Below, in pieces: positions 18,668-28,182 of a stretch of 64,000 nucleotides of DNA (its first letter is position 1; every line of letters starts with the position of its first letter). A program made the translations under genes and the position numbers. The notes under the pieces were generated by a model, which did not search any database, was not told the origin of the DNA, and worked only from the letters and a program-made list of their open reading frames with translations. Location: NCBI GenBank assembly GCA_041748155.1, contig JBGTDT010000030.1, positions 14,894 through 78,893 of the forward strand. The letters are read 5' to 3'. The stretch is from Thermosynechococcaceae cyanobacterium. Lineage in GTDB: Bacteria > Cyanobacteriota > Cyanobacteriia > Thermosynechococcales > Thermosynechococcaceae.

Positions 18668-19561
18668 TCAACTGGCAGTCTCAAGAGCAGGGTTGAATGA
18701 TGGTGATTGACTCTGACTTAAGGACTGCACCAGCGGCTGAAAAATTGGCGCTAGCTCAGTCCGGCTAACCACCAAGGTTGGATAGGCGCGATCACCGTAG
18801 TTCTCTCCAACTCGTAGGGGAAAAACGTCTTCTGACCCCAAGGAGATCCACACCCCTCCGGCGGCTTGAACAATTGACCAGGCTGCTGCCAGATCCCAAA
18901 CTTTGGGGGTGGCTTCAACTCCTCCTAAGGTTGCACCGGCTGCGACCATGAGGAAATTGTAGCTTGCAGCACCCAAAAGCCGAATTTTACAGGGAACTTG
19001 TTGAACCACAGAGAGACTGCGAGAACAAACACTGAAGAAGTGATTGGGGTTCAGGGAAGCGGCACTGGTTTGAATGGGTTGTTGATTTAGAAAAGCACCA
19101 TTGGGTTGAGCGGAGGCTGACCAAAATCCATGAAATGACTGAGCCAAGGGCGGCAGGTGAACATAGCCAAACACGGGTGTGCCTTGATACAGCAGCCCCA
19201 GAGAGATTCCCCAGACTGGAATCCCACGCGCAAAGTTAGTCGTACCATCCAGCGGATCAACGACCCAGCACCACTCTGTCGGCGGGAAAATATGTTCTTC
19301 TTCTTCACTCAGAACCCCGTGATCAGGAAAGGCCGTGGCGATCGCTTGGCGGAACTGCTGGTCGGCCCAGCGATCAGACTGGGTAACTAGACTGCCATCT
19401 GCTTTCTCTGCAGCCTTTACTTGACCAAAATCAATCAATAGCTGACGACCGACCTGTGCTGTTGTAGTCTGAGCGAAGGCTAAAATAGCTGTCCAAAAAT
19501 CGCTCATTCCTACGGAGGTGTTCGTTAAACTCGTAATGCCAGTTGACTCAGACTCAGACAT
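18668..19561 (-). CDS. Inositol-monophosphatase superfamily phosphatase (SuhB / CysQ / HisN-like)
   Basis: 297 aa. Metal-site motifs LSEEEE and WVVDPLDGTTNF, and C-terminal WDLAAAWSIVQAAGG. Confidence 0.8.
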   Translation of the reverse strand: MSESESTGITSLTNTSVGMSDFWTAILAFAQTTTAQVGRQLLIDFGQVKAAEKADGSLVTQSDRWADQQFRQAIATAFPDHGVLSEEEEHIFPPTEWCWVVDPLDGTTNFARGIPVWGISLGLLYQGTPVFGYVHLPPLAQSFHGFWSASAQPNGAFLNQQPIQTSAASLNPNHFFSVCSRSLSVVQQVPCKIRLLGAASYNFLMVAAGATLGGVEATPKVWDLAAAWSIVQAAGGVWISLGSEDVFPLRVGENYGDRAYPTLVVSRTELAPIFQPLVQSLSQSQSPSFNPALETAS

Positions 19562-19674
19562 GGGATAACCATAGGGGGAAGGAAACTAACTGAGGAATTC
19601 TAATCAAGCGACCTGACGGAGATAAGGGTCAGCCTAGCAGTTAATTATTGTAAACAGGGTAGCTTGCGATCGCG

Positions 19675-20346
19675 ATGTTGATTTCTGACAGCCACAAATT
19701 TATCTTTGTGCACGTTTACAAAACTGCCGGTACCAGTATCAGGCAGGCGTTATCAGCCTATGCTCAGCCGCTCAAGCGTCCGCTTTGCCTACGGGTCTTA
19801 AGACGGTTGGGTGCCCAGCAACTCGCCCAAAAGAACCCTTTAATGGCAATTCATCACCATTCCTCTGCCAGGCAAATTCAAGCTGCCTTTACACCTGGTG
19901 AATTTGAGCAATTTTACAAGTTTGCATTTGTGCGGAACCCTTGGGATTGGCAGGTCTCGCTTTATCACCACATGCTCAAAGAAGAATCCCACCATCAGTA
20001 TGAACTTGCCAAATCATTTGAAAGCTTTGACCAGTATATTCACTGGCGCGTCAATAATAAGCGATTGCAGAAAGATTTTGTGGCTGATGAAGGGGGCAAT
20101 TTGATCGTAGATTTTGTCGGTCACCTTGAAACCCTTGAGCCTGATTTTACATTGGTCTGCGATCGCCTTGGCCTTAACTGCCAGCTTTCTCACCTTAACC
20201 GCTCCGCCCACAAAGACTACAGGTCATACTATACGCCGGAAACAGCGGCACTTGTTGCAGAAGCATTCAAAGCAGACATCGAGTTCTTTGGATACAACTT
20301 TAACGGTCTAAAAAGCTCTAGTGAAACTGAATACCAAACAAGCTAG
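19675..20346 (+). CDS. Sulfotransferase (family-2 type)
   Basis: 223 aa. PAPS 5'-phosphosulfate loop FVHVYKTAGTSIRQAL and 3'-phosphate motif FVRNPWDWQVSLYHH. Confidence 0.75.
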   Translation: MLISDSHKFIFVHVYKTAGTSIRQALSAYAQPLKRPLCLRVLRRLGAQQLAQKNPLMAIHHHSSARQIQAAFTPGEFEQFYKFAFVRNPWDWQVSLYHHMLKEESHHQYELAKSFESFDQYIHWRVNNKRLQKDFVADEGGNLIVDFVGHLETLEPDFTLVCDRLGLNCQLSHLNRSAHKDYRSYYTPETAALVAEAFKADIEFFGYNFNGLKSSSETEYQTS

Positions 20347-20540
20347 GGCTCTATTACAAAAGTCATGTCGATGATGTTCTTTGGAGGAGGTCTGAAAAGT
20401 GGAATCCTTTGCCAAACTTGCCCCGATTCTCAAACAGCCTCTTAAGGTGTCCAGAAAAAGACAGGGTGATTTTGTCAGTTAGAGTTGACTAGGTTCTACC
20501 TGTGAAAGTCATTTGTGTAATCACTTGTGAGCGGACATAA

Positions 20541-22220
20541 ATGAAAGTTATTCAAATTGGCATGGCAAAGAGCGGTAATTATTGGCTCTATACAATCTTG
20601 AAACAAATCCTCAGCCTGTCGGGTCAGTGGCAAGGATCATTCATTCAGAACCAACCGCTTTACGCAGAAGCCAAGAAGCTAACGCTAAGTGTAAAAGATC
20701 AGATTGACATTGACGTAATGAATATTGAGGATACAGGAGTTTACTATCGGATCAGCTCCCTTCCTCCCCACCGGATTGCGAATTTGGCTAACTATCTGGA
20801 CCAGTCCTCTTTGGTTTGGACGCACTCTCCTTTTTGTACTCGTTCTTTGCAGGTTCTATCTCACTTTTCAAAGAAAGTATACATTTGCCGGGATGGACGC
20901 GATGTGGCTGTATCAGCAGCGAGATTTGCGATGACGCCCTACAAGCAGACTTTTTATCCCAATCGGTTTAATACACCCGAAGAGTACCTAGAGAATTGCC
21001 TGGATGGAAAGGCACGAAGCTGGGCCAAGCACTGTGCAGGATATTTGATCTGTCCTGATATTTACTGGGTGTTCTACGAAAGACTCCTCCATGACTTTGA
21101 TCGTGAAATCGAAGGTCTACTCAATTACCTTGAGATAGACCTCAGTGCTGAGGATAAGGCTCAGGTAAAAAACCTAGCCAGTTTTGAGACCATGAAAAAA
21201 GACAGCCCCGACCATTTGAAAAAGGGAAAATCTGGGAACTGGTCCAGTTTTATGAACGAATACCAGCAGAAAAGATTTATTGAGATTGCTGGCTCAGTCC
21301 TAGAAGTACTGGGTTACCAGGTAAATGTGTCTCCACCCACAGCGACTAAGCTGCCCGTTCGGCCTCAATCTATTAGCCCTGAACTACTGAAAGCGTATCA
21401 AAAGAATGGGGTAGGGGGAAGTAAAAAGCCAGCGCTGCTCCCTAGAGCCCTTCAAAAGTTGAACCGTTTAATTTTCCAGACGCTTAAAGCTAAAAAATCA
21501 GAATATCCGGTCAAGATTGAAATGCAGACTTCTAAAGGAAGTATTTACTTAGAAGCGTGCAGCCCAGTTGAATACTATAGACTAAAGACGGCAAGTTACG
21601 GCTATGAGAAAGATTTCTTAGTTCGCTTTACAGGCGAACTAGAAGCAGATGATATCGTCTTCGACATTGGCGCAAATGTTGGTCTGACGACTGTGTACGC
21701 TGCTGCCTTTACAGAAAATGGTCAAGTCATCGCTTTTGAGTCCGACCCTGATACGCTAGGCTATCTGAAGCACAACCTCGGTCTTAACAAGTTTTCCCAT
21801 GTTGACTTTGTCCCCTGGGTACTTGGTGATACAGAAGGCCAAGCAACCTTGTGCCCTGAAGCTGCTGGTTTTGTCTCAGGCCCAAGAGAAGACAGACCAG
21901 TTATTTCGAATGATAAGACCAGGGTGCAAGCACGAACCCTAGACAGCGCCATCTTGAGTGGAGATTTACCCCTGCCAACTGTGCTAAAAATTGACATTGA
22001 GGGGGCTGTAGTTTTGTGTCTTAGAGGTGGGTCAAAATTATTGAACGCAGAGATAGGAGACAAGCCTCGCTTGATTTTTCTTAAACTATATCCAGACTTA
22101 CTTGCCTCATTTAACTCTAGTTCTGATCAGGTTCATCGGTTTCTATTGAGCAAGGGCTATTCGGTGGTCTGGGAGCAGCAACGCAATGCTCAGATCCACT
22201 ATTGCTATAAAACGAACTAA
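20541..22220 (+). CDS. Two-domain protein: N-terminal sulfotransferase plus C-terminal FkbM-family methyltransferase
   Basis: 559 aa. N-terminal half: GMAKSGNYWL, YICRDGRDVAVSAARF, KKGKSGNWSSFM (sulfotransferase-1/3 type motifs). C-terminal half: VFDIGANVGLTTVYAA, VIAFESDPD, VLKIDIEGA (FkbM/Methyltransf_21 type). Confidence 0.75.
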   Translation: MKVIQIGMAKSGNYWLYTILKQILSLSGQWQGSFIQNQPLYAEAKKLTLSVKDQIDIDVMNIEDTGVYYRISSLPPHRIANLANYLDQSSLVWTHSPFCTRSLQVLSHFSKKVYICRDGRDVAVSAARFAMTPYKQTFYPNRFNTPEEYLENCLDGKARSWAKHCAGYLICPDIYWVFYERLLHDFDREIEGLLNYLEIDLSAEDKAQVKNLASFETMKKDSPDHLKKGKSGNWSSFMNEYQQKRFIEIAGSVLEVLGYQVNVSPPTATKLPVRPQSISPELLKAYQKNGVGGSKKPALLPRALQKLNRLIFQTLKAKKSEYPVKIEMQTSKGSIYLEACSPVEYYRLKTASYGYEKDFLVRFTGELEADDIVFDIGANVGLTTVYAAAFTENGQVIAFESDPDTLGYLKHNLGLNKFSHVDFVPWVLGDTEGQATLCPEAAGFVSGPREDRPVISNDKTRVQARTLDSAILSGDLPLPTVLKIDIEGAVVLCLRGGSKLLNAEIGDKPRLIFLKLYPDLLASFNSSSDQVHRFLLSKGYSVVWEQQRNAQIHYCYKTN

Positions 22221-22231
22221 GTTCTCTAGAG

Positions 22232-23215
22232 ATGGTTAATTCCAGAGTATCTATTGTGATTCGTTGCTACAACGAAGAGCAACACATCGGTCGTCTACTC
22301 AGTGGTATTATTCAGCAGACCGTTCAAGATGTAGAAATTATTATCGTGGACTCCGGTTCCACTGATGCCACCCTGCTGATTGCATCGCGCTATCCAGTCA
22401 AAGTACTTTCGATTCGACCAGAAGACTTTTCCTTTGGGCGATCGCTCAACCTGGGTTGTCAGGCAGCGACCAGCGAGTTTCTGGTCATTGCCAGCGCTCA
22501 CGTTTACCCGGTGTATCAAGATTGGCTGGAGCGATTGTTAGCCCCGTTTTCCGATCCACAGGTTGCTTTGGCCTACGGCAAGCAGCGAGGCAATGAGATC
22601 ACGAAGTACTCCGAGCATCAAGTTTTTGCCAGATGGTTTCCGAGTGAATCCAACCTGAGCCAGGATTATCCTTTCTGTAACAATGCCAACGCTGCTATCC
22701 GGCGATCGCTGTGGGAACGGTTGCCCTACAACGAAGCCCTGACGGGATTAGAAGACCTACACTGGGCCAAGCAAGTCATCCAGTTAGGCTATAAAATTGC
22801 CTACGCCTCAGAGGCTGAGATTGTGCATGTACACAACGAAACCCCCCGGCGAATCTTTAATCGGTATCGGCGCGAAGCGATCGCCCTGAAGCATATTTTT
22901 CCGCAGGAACAATTTAACCTCTGGGATTTTATCCGCCTACTGATTACAAATGTCGCTAGCGACTACTACCATGCCAAGCATGATAGAGTCTTGACGAAAA
23001 ATCTTCTCTCTATCCCCACTTTTCGGAGTATGCAATTCTGGGGAACTTACCAGGGTTTTACCCAACAGGGTCCGATTACCAGCCAGCTCAAGCATACCTT
23101 CTACTATCCCCGTGGCCTAGCACGTCCGATCAACCCTTTGACAGCTTCTCACAACAGACCCACGATTGACTACAACAAATCCACCCAGGAGCAATCTATT
23201 GAGCAGGTACATTGA
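22232..23215 (+). CDS. Family-2 glycosyltransferase
   Basis: 327 aa. VSIVIRCYNEEQHIGRLLSGIIQQT ... IIIVDSGSTDAT, and LEDLHWA. Confidence 0.85.
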   Translation: MVNSRVSIVIRCYNEEQHIGRLLSGIIQQTVQDVEIIIVDSGSTDATLLIASRYPVKVLSIRPEDFSFGRSLNLGCQAATSEFLVIASAHVYPVYQDWLERLLAPFSDPQVALAYGKQRGNEITKYSEHQVFARWFPSESNLSQDYPFCNNANAAIRRSLWERLPYNEALTGLEDLHWAKQVIQLGYKIAYASEAEIVHVHNETPRRIFNRYRREAIALKHIFPQEQFNLWDFIRLLITNVASDYYHAKHDRVLTKNLLSIPTFRSMQFWGTYQGFTQQGPITSQLKHTFYYPRGLARPINPLTASHNRPTIDYNKSTQEQSIEQVH

Positions 23216-23840
23216 TATCTCAGTACCCGTATCTCCTGACTTACCTGCCTGGCCGGGTAGTCCCCCTATAGAACTTCAGCGTCGCCTCGATCTAGGGCAA
23301 GGCGATATCGTTAACGATACAACCCTGCATTTCAGTGTCCACACAGGCACTCACGTTGATGCTCCCCTCCACTTCTTAGCTGAGGGAAACAGCGTTGAAC
23401 ATCTACCGCTAGAAGTTCTGATCGGTCCAGCAGTCGTGGTCGATTTGCCAGATACGAATGCAGTATCTTCAGAAATTCTAGAGCAGTTGCCGCTGCCCCC
23501 AGGTGTGGAGCGCTTATTGATTCGTACTCGTAATTCCCGTCTATGGCAAGCAGACGTGCAAAAATTTCAGCCAGACTTTGTTGCCTTAACTGCCGATGCA
23601 GCCGAGTGGATTGTTGATCACGAGATTCGACTGATCGGTGTAGACTATCTCTCCGTACAGCGGTTTCACGACGGGCCAGAAACTCACTTAAATTTACTCA
23701 AAGCCGAAGTCGTAATTCTCGAAGGACTGAATCTAGCCTATGTCCAGGCAGGAGAGTACGAGCTAATATGCCTGCCAGTGATGCTAAAGGGGGTTGAGGG
23801 AGCACCAGCAAGAGCCATTTTACGGAGCTTTCTAAGTTGA
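23166..23840 (+). CDS. Cyclase-family metal hydrolase (kynurenine/aryl-formamidase-like)
   Basis: HTGTHVDAPLHF motif and DYLSV. The start is uncertain: TTG at 23166 or TTG at 23199, and both overlap the 3' end of the GT2 gene. Confidence 0.7.
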   Translation: MTTTNPPRSNLLSRYIDISVPVSPDLPAWPGSPPIELQRRLDLGQGDIVNDTTLHFSVHTGTHVDAPLHFLAEGNSVEHLPLEVLIGPAVVVDLPDTNAVSSEILEQLPLPPGVERLLIRTRNSRLWQADVQKFQPDFVALTADAAEWIVDHEIRLIGVDYLSVQRFHDGPETHLNLLKAEVVILEGLNLAYVQAGEYELICLPVMLKGVEGAPARAILRSFLS

Positions 23841-23861
23841 AATTAAAGGAGAGTGGTAGAG

Positions 23862-24635
23862 ATGCTAGTCATTTCAAATGGGGCGTTCAAGAGTGGATCT
23901 ACCTGGCTATATAATATTTTGCGTTGTATGACAGGCTTTCCTCCCCCTCCTGAGGAGTTCTTAAACCCTAACTGGGTAAATCCTTCAATTGATCCAGAAA
24001 AACTTACAAAATTTCTTAAAGAGGTTGATTTTTCTCACAAAAACTATTTGTGTAAAAATCACTTCGGTGGAAAATACCAGAGGGATCTTTTGCTAGCTTC
24101 TCCAAACGTTTTTATTTTAGATATAAAAAGAGATATTCGCGATGTAGTTGTTTCAGCATATTATCATCATCGCCGCAAGGGATACGATGAAAGCTTCAAA
24201 AATTATTATTGGAAAAAAGGCAAAAAAGTTGCTAACTTCGTTAGTAGTTATCAAAGAAATTGGGATGTTCAATCAACTAAAATTCTTATTGCATCCTATG
24301 AAAAACTACATTCTGATTTTAACAGTGAAACAAAGAAGATAGGAGACTTTTTGGGAATTCAAGTATCCGACCAGCTAAGTGAACAAATTAAAACTGAGAC
24401 AACCCTTGATAGTTTAAGAAATAGGTACGGAGAAAGTGACCAGAGTGATGATTCAAAATTTTTTAGAAAAGGAGTTATAGGAGATTGGCAAAATCATTTT
24501 GATGCCAAAATGGATCAAGATCTTGAGAAAGTGCAGAAGTTCAGTTTAAGTCACTCTGACAAAATTCAAGTAGAAATAACAAAACTTTATACTAAGACTA
24601 AGCGGAAAATAGAGCATTTGTTTTTGCCGAGTTGA
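23862..24635 (+). CDS. Sulfotransferase (family-1 type)
   Basis: GAFKSGSTWLYN, ILDIKRDIRDVVVSAYYH, FFRKGVIGDWQNHF. The ATG at 23862 is preceded by AAGGAG; an alternative GTG lies at 23853. The gene is AT-rich. Confidence 0.8.
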   Translation: MLVISNGAFKSGSTWLYNILRCMTGFPPPPEEFLNPNWVNPSIDPEKLTKFLKEVDFSHKNYLCKNHFGGKYQRDLLLASPNVFILDIKRDIRDVVVSAYYHHRRKGYDESFKNYYWKKGKKVANFVSSYQRNWDVQSTKILIASYEKLHSDFNSETKKIGDFLGIQVSDQLSEQIKTETTLDSLRNRYGESDQSDDSKFFRKGVIGDWQNHFDAKMDQDLEKVQKFSLSHSDKIQVEITKLYTKTKRKIEHLFLPS

Positions 24636-24823
24636 AGCAATGAAGATGTTGAGAAAAAGCCTTGTTTGATAGCTATAGCTGGCTTGTTGAGGGCCAAGTA
24701 TGGTTGGTGTAGACTGAACAGAATGAATTATTACACTTACCTTCATAAAGCTAACTTCTAAAGCTAATAGGAGTGAAAGAAACCCTTTGAGAAAGTAGTT
24801 TTAGAGAGGAGTGATAACAGGTG

Positions 24824-25666
24824 ATGAGGCAGTTCTATTCTTATCTGAAAGAACAACATAGTACTCACCAGTTTCGGGTAGACTTAAAGCATAGTTTGCA
24901 GAGAAAAGAAGCTATTTTGGTCCACACGATGGGTAAGGTAGGTTCATCTTCGATTAGAAAATCCCTCAAGGATTTGGAGTTGAGTATGCCCATTTACGGT
25001 ACCCACTTTCTAAATTCTGAACGCTTAGAAGCACATTTAAAAGTATTGAGACAAAAAGGTCAGAAGCCCGACGGTCATTTGGTAGTGAGTCAATGCCTCC
25101 AAGAAGTAATTAACAAAGGCATTAGTGATATAAATTGGAAAGTCATTACCCTTGTTAGAGAGCCAATTTCCAGGAATGTTTCAGGATTGTTTCAAAATAT
25201 TGATAAAATCTTTCCTAACTTTCTGCAGCGATATCACTCTGGTTCGCTCTCAATTCAGGAAGTTGTCAATGTTTTCCTCGCTGATTATCCCCATGAGCTA
25301 CCTTTAAACTGGCTAGACTGGGAAATAAAAGCTGTGTTTGGTATTGATGTTTTTTCAGTTAACTTTCCAAAGTCTGATGGCTATACAATATTTCATAGAA
25401 ATAATATAGACCTGCTGTTGCTAAGACTAGAAAGCCTTGCCGACTGTTCATTTAAAGCCTTTAGTGAGTTTTTAGGGACAAGAGAATTCACGCTTAAGAA
25501 GGCGAATGACTCAAGTGAGAAGGAATATTCTCAGGCTTATCGAGAATTTCGAAAATCTTTGCATCTTCCTCAAACTTATATAGAAGATATGTATCAGTCT
25601 AAGTATGTACAACATTTTTACACTCAGAACGAAATTGAGCTATTTCAGGCAAAATGGTCAAAGTAG
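24824..25666 (+). CDS. Divergent sulfotransferase-like protein
   Basis: VHTMGKVGSSSIRKSL (P-loop-like PAPS motif) and TLVREPISRNVSGLFQN (an R-x-P-x-x-R-x-x-S type motif). The gene is AT-rich. The family call is tentative. Confidence 0.5.
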   Translation: MRQFYSYLKEQHSTHQFRVDLKHSLQRKEAILVHTMGKVGSSSIRKSLKDLELSMPIYGTHFLNSERLEAHLKVLRQKGQKPDGHLVVSQCLQEVINKGISDINWKVITLVREPISRNVSGLFQNIDKIFPNFLQRYHSGSLSIQEVVNVFLADYPHELPLNWLDWEIKAVFGIDVFSVNFPKSDGYTIFHRNNIDLLLLRLESLADCSFKAFSEFLGTREFTLKKANDSSEKEYSQAYREFRKSLHLPQTYIEDMYQSKYVQHFYTQNEIELFQAKWSK

Positions 25667-25716
25667 CATTGAGTAGCTAGATAAACATTTAGAGTTTTGA
25701 CTTGTTTGGAGATTAG

Positions 25717-26421
25717 ATGAGTAATGTCGCTGCCCTTGTTCCCATGCGCCACACTAGTGAACGGGTTCTTGGTAAGAACTACCGACCCTTTGCTGGACGG
25801 CCACTTTATCATCACATTATCGAAACCTTACTCAACTGCCCTGAAATTAAGCTTGTCTGTATTGACACAGATAGCTCTATGATTATCGAGGATGCTCGCC
25901 AGCATTTCCCCGATGTTAAAATCTTGCTCCGACCTGAGCACCTGCGAGCTGGGACAACTCCCATGAACGACGTGCTGGTAAACTCGGTCTCTCAGGTTGA
26001 TAGTGATGTTTTTCTGCAGACCCACAGTACCAATCCCCTGCTACGGGCTAAAACAATTTCCCAAGCAATCAGTCTGCTGCTCAATAGCCCTGACTACGAC
26101 AGTCTCTTTGGGGTGACCAGACTACAGACGCGGCTGTACGATGCCGCTGGTAAAGCAATGAATCACGACCCCAAGGTTTTGTTGCGAACGCAGGATCTGC
26201 CGCCAGTCTATGAAGAAAATTCAAACCTCTACGTCTTCAGGCGAGATACTTTGTTAGAGCGAAAGAATCGCGTTGGTAGGAGGCCACTTTTGTTTGAAAT
26301 TGACCCCCACGAGGCCTGGGATATAGATGAAGAGGTGGATTTTCGGATTGCTGAGCTACTTTACTTGGATCGACAAACCAGTCCTTCAGCGGAGAGAAAA
26401 ACATGGGCTGGCGAGTTCTGA
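25717..26421 (+). CDS. Acylneuraminate/Kdo-type cytidylyltransferase (CMP-sugar synthetase family)
   Basis: 234 aa. AALVPMRHTSERVLGKNYRPFAGRPLYHHII ... CIDTDS ... LQTHSTNPLL matches the NeuA/KdsB fold pattern. Confidence 0.75.
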   Translation: MSNVAALVPMRHTSERVLGKNYRPFAGRPLYHHIIETLLNCPEIKLVCIDTDSSMIIEDARQHFPDVKILLRPEHLRAGTTPMNDVLVNSVSQVDSDVFLQTHSTNPLLRAKTISQAISLLLNSPDYDSLFGVTRLQTRLYDAAGKAMNHDPKVLLRTQDLPPVYEENSNLYVFRRDTLLERKNRVGRRPLLFEIDPHEAWDIDEEVDFRIAELLYLDRQTSPSAERKTWAGEF

Positions 26422-27353
26422 TCACCTGTCCACCAATGCTACTGACTTTAGCAGAGTGCCAGGCAAGATTCACCACAGAAAACCTGGAAATAGTAGCGCC
26501 TAAAGTCGTACAACAGCTCAGCGAGGCAGAACTTTGTGAAATTATTTCTAATTTTGACGGGGTGATTGCCGGGGATGATCCCTTTACTGCTAAGGTTTTG
26601 GAGAAAGGTCGGCAAGGACGCCTACGAGTCCTGGCGAAATGGGGAATTGGCGTCGATGCGATTGACCTGGTTGCTGCACAAAGACTGGGTATACATACAT
26701 CTAATACCCCAAATGTATTTGGAGACGAAGTTGCTGATGTTGCCTTGGGTTACACAATTCTCCTGGCTCGCCGACTTCATCAAATTGATGCAGCTATTCG
26801 TCAGGGTCAATGGCTGAAAGTTCAGGGTACATCGCTGCGCGGTAAGGTGGCAGGGGTTGTTGGTGTCGGCAGTATTGGCAAAGCGATCGCCCGCCGTTTT
26901 AATACTTTGGGCATGCAGGTGCTTGGCTATGACGTTTACCCGATTGATCCTGCCTTCTGCCAGGAAACGGGTTTGCACCAGGTAGCGTTAGACGACTTGC
27001 TGTGTCAGGTTGATTGCGTTGTCCTCTCCTGTAGTTTGAATTCCAACAACTATCATCTATTGAACGAACAAGCCTTTTCAAGCATGAAAAACGGCGTCTG
27101 GATCGTTAATGTGGCGCGTGGACCCCTGATCGATGAAAAAGCCCTAGTCTCAAGTTTAGAGACTGGAAAAGTAGGGGGAGCCGCCCTGGACGTATTTGAA
27201 TCCGAGCCCCTCGCCCTGGGACACCCTCTACTCAACTATCCGCAAGTTATTGTCGGCAGTCATAATAGTTCTAATACCCGCGAAGCGGTCTTGCGAGTCA
27301 ATCAGCTTGCGATTGACAACTTAGTGCGTGGTTTGAGACAAAATACTGGCTAG
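26403..27353 (+). CDS. D-isomer-specific 2-hydroxyacid dehydrogenase family protein
   Basis: 316 aa. NAD motif GVVGVGSIGKAIARR, NVARGPLIDEKAL, and AALDVFESEP ... GSHNSSNT. Confidence 0.85.
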   Translation: MGWRVLITCPPMLLTLAECQARFTTENLEIVAPKVVQQLSEAELCEIISNFDGVIAGDDPFTAKVLEKGRQGRLRVLAKWGIGVDAIDLVAAQRLGIHTSNTPNVFGDEVADVALGYTILLARRLHQIDAAIRQGQWLKVQGTSLRGKVAGVVGVGSIGKAIARRFNTLGMQVLGYDVYPIDPAFCQETGLHQVALDDLLCQVDCVVLSCSLNSNNYHLLNEQAFSSMKNGVWIVNVARGPLIDEKALVSSLETGKVGGAALDVFESEPLALGHPLLNYPQVIVGSHNSSNTREAVLRVNQLAIDNLVRGLRQNTG

Positions 27354-27369
27354 ATGCTAGCTAGAGTGA

Positions 27370-28116
27370 ATGATGAAGCAAGTTGTCCTGATCACGGGCA
27401 TAGCAGGGGGTATTGGCTCTGCCACCGCAGCCCTGTTTTCCTCAAAAGGTTGGTACGTGGTTGGCGTTGACCAGAAATCTGCTAAGGGGACTGGCAGTGA
27501 TTACTATATTCAAGCTGATGCATCTGACCCTAAACAAATTTCTAATGTTGTAGAACAAGTTGGACAAAACCTGGGCAGGTTGGATGCACTAGTCAACAAC
27601 GCAGCGATTCAAATCTGTAAGCCCATCCTTGAGATGAGTGTGGCGGAGTGGGATAGGATTATGGCGGTTAATCTACGTTCCACCTTTGTCTGCTCTCAGG
27701 CCGCTCACCCCCTGCTGAAGGCAACTCAAGGGAGTATTGTCAATGTTAGCTCTGTCCATGCGATCGCAACCTCTGCTAATATTGCAGCTTATGCAGCCAG
27801 CAAGGGAGCGATCGTGGCCTTTACTCGCGCCTTGGCAATTGAATTTGCACCTGAGCAGATTCGGGTCAATGCTATACTGCCTGGTGCTGTAGATACGCCA
27901 ATGCTGCATGCAGGCTTGCAGCGAGGACACATTTCAGGAATACTGAATGAGCAGATGGATAAGCTGGGTAAGAAAACGGTCCTTGGTAGAGTTGGTAAAC
28001 CTGATGAAATTGCCGAAGCAATTCTGTTCTTGGCTAGTGCTCAACAGTCTTCCTTCATGACTGGCCAAGCATTGGTTGTGGATGGAGGAGCCACAACAAG
28101 ATTGAGTACTGAGTAA
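27370..28116 (+). CDS. Short-chain dehydrogenase/reductase (SDR)
   Basis: 248 aa. TGIAGGIGSA, NNAAI, catalytic SSVHA...YAASK, and PGAVDTPM. Confidence 0.9.
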   Translation: MMKQVVLITGIAGGIGSATAALFSSKGWYVVGVDQKSAKGTGSDYYIQADASDPKQISNVVEQVGQNLGRLDALVNNAAIQICKPILEMSVAEWDRIMAVNLRSTFVCSQAAHPLLKATQGSIVNVSSVHAIATSANIAAYAASKGAIVAFTRALAIEFAPEQIRVNAILPGAVDTPMLHAGLQRGHISGILNEQMDKLGKKTVLGRVGKPDEIAEAILFLASAQQSSFMTGQALVVDGGATTRLSTE

Positions 28117-28182
28117 CTATTCAACTGGGCTAGCAGTAGTTTTTTAAGCTAGAGTTAGAACTGCTTCAGGTACTTATTTTGA

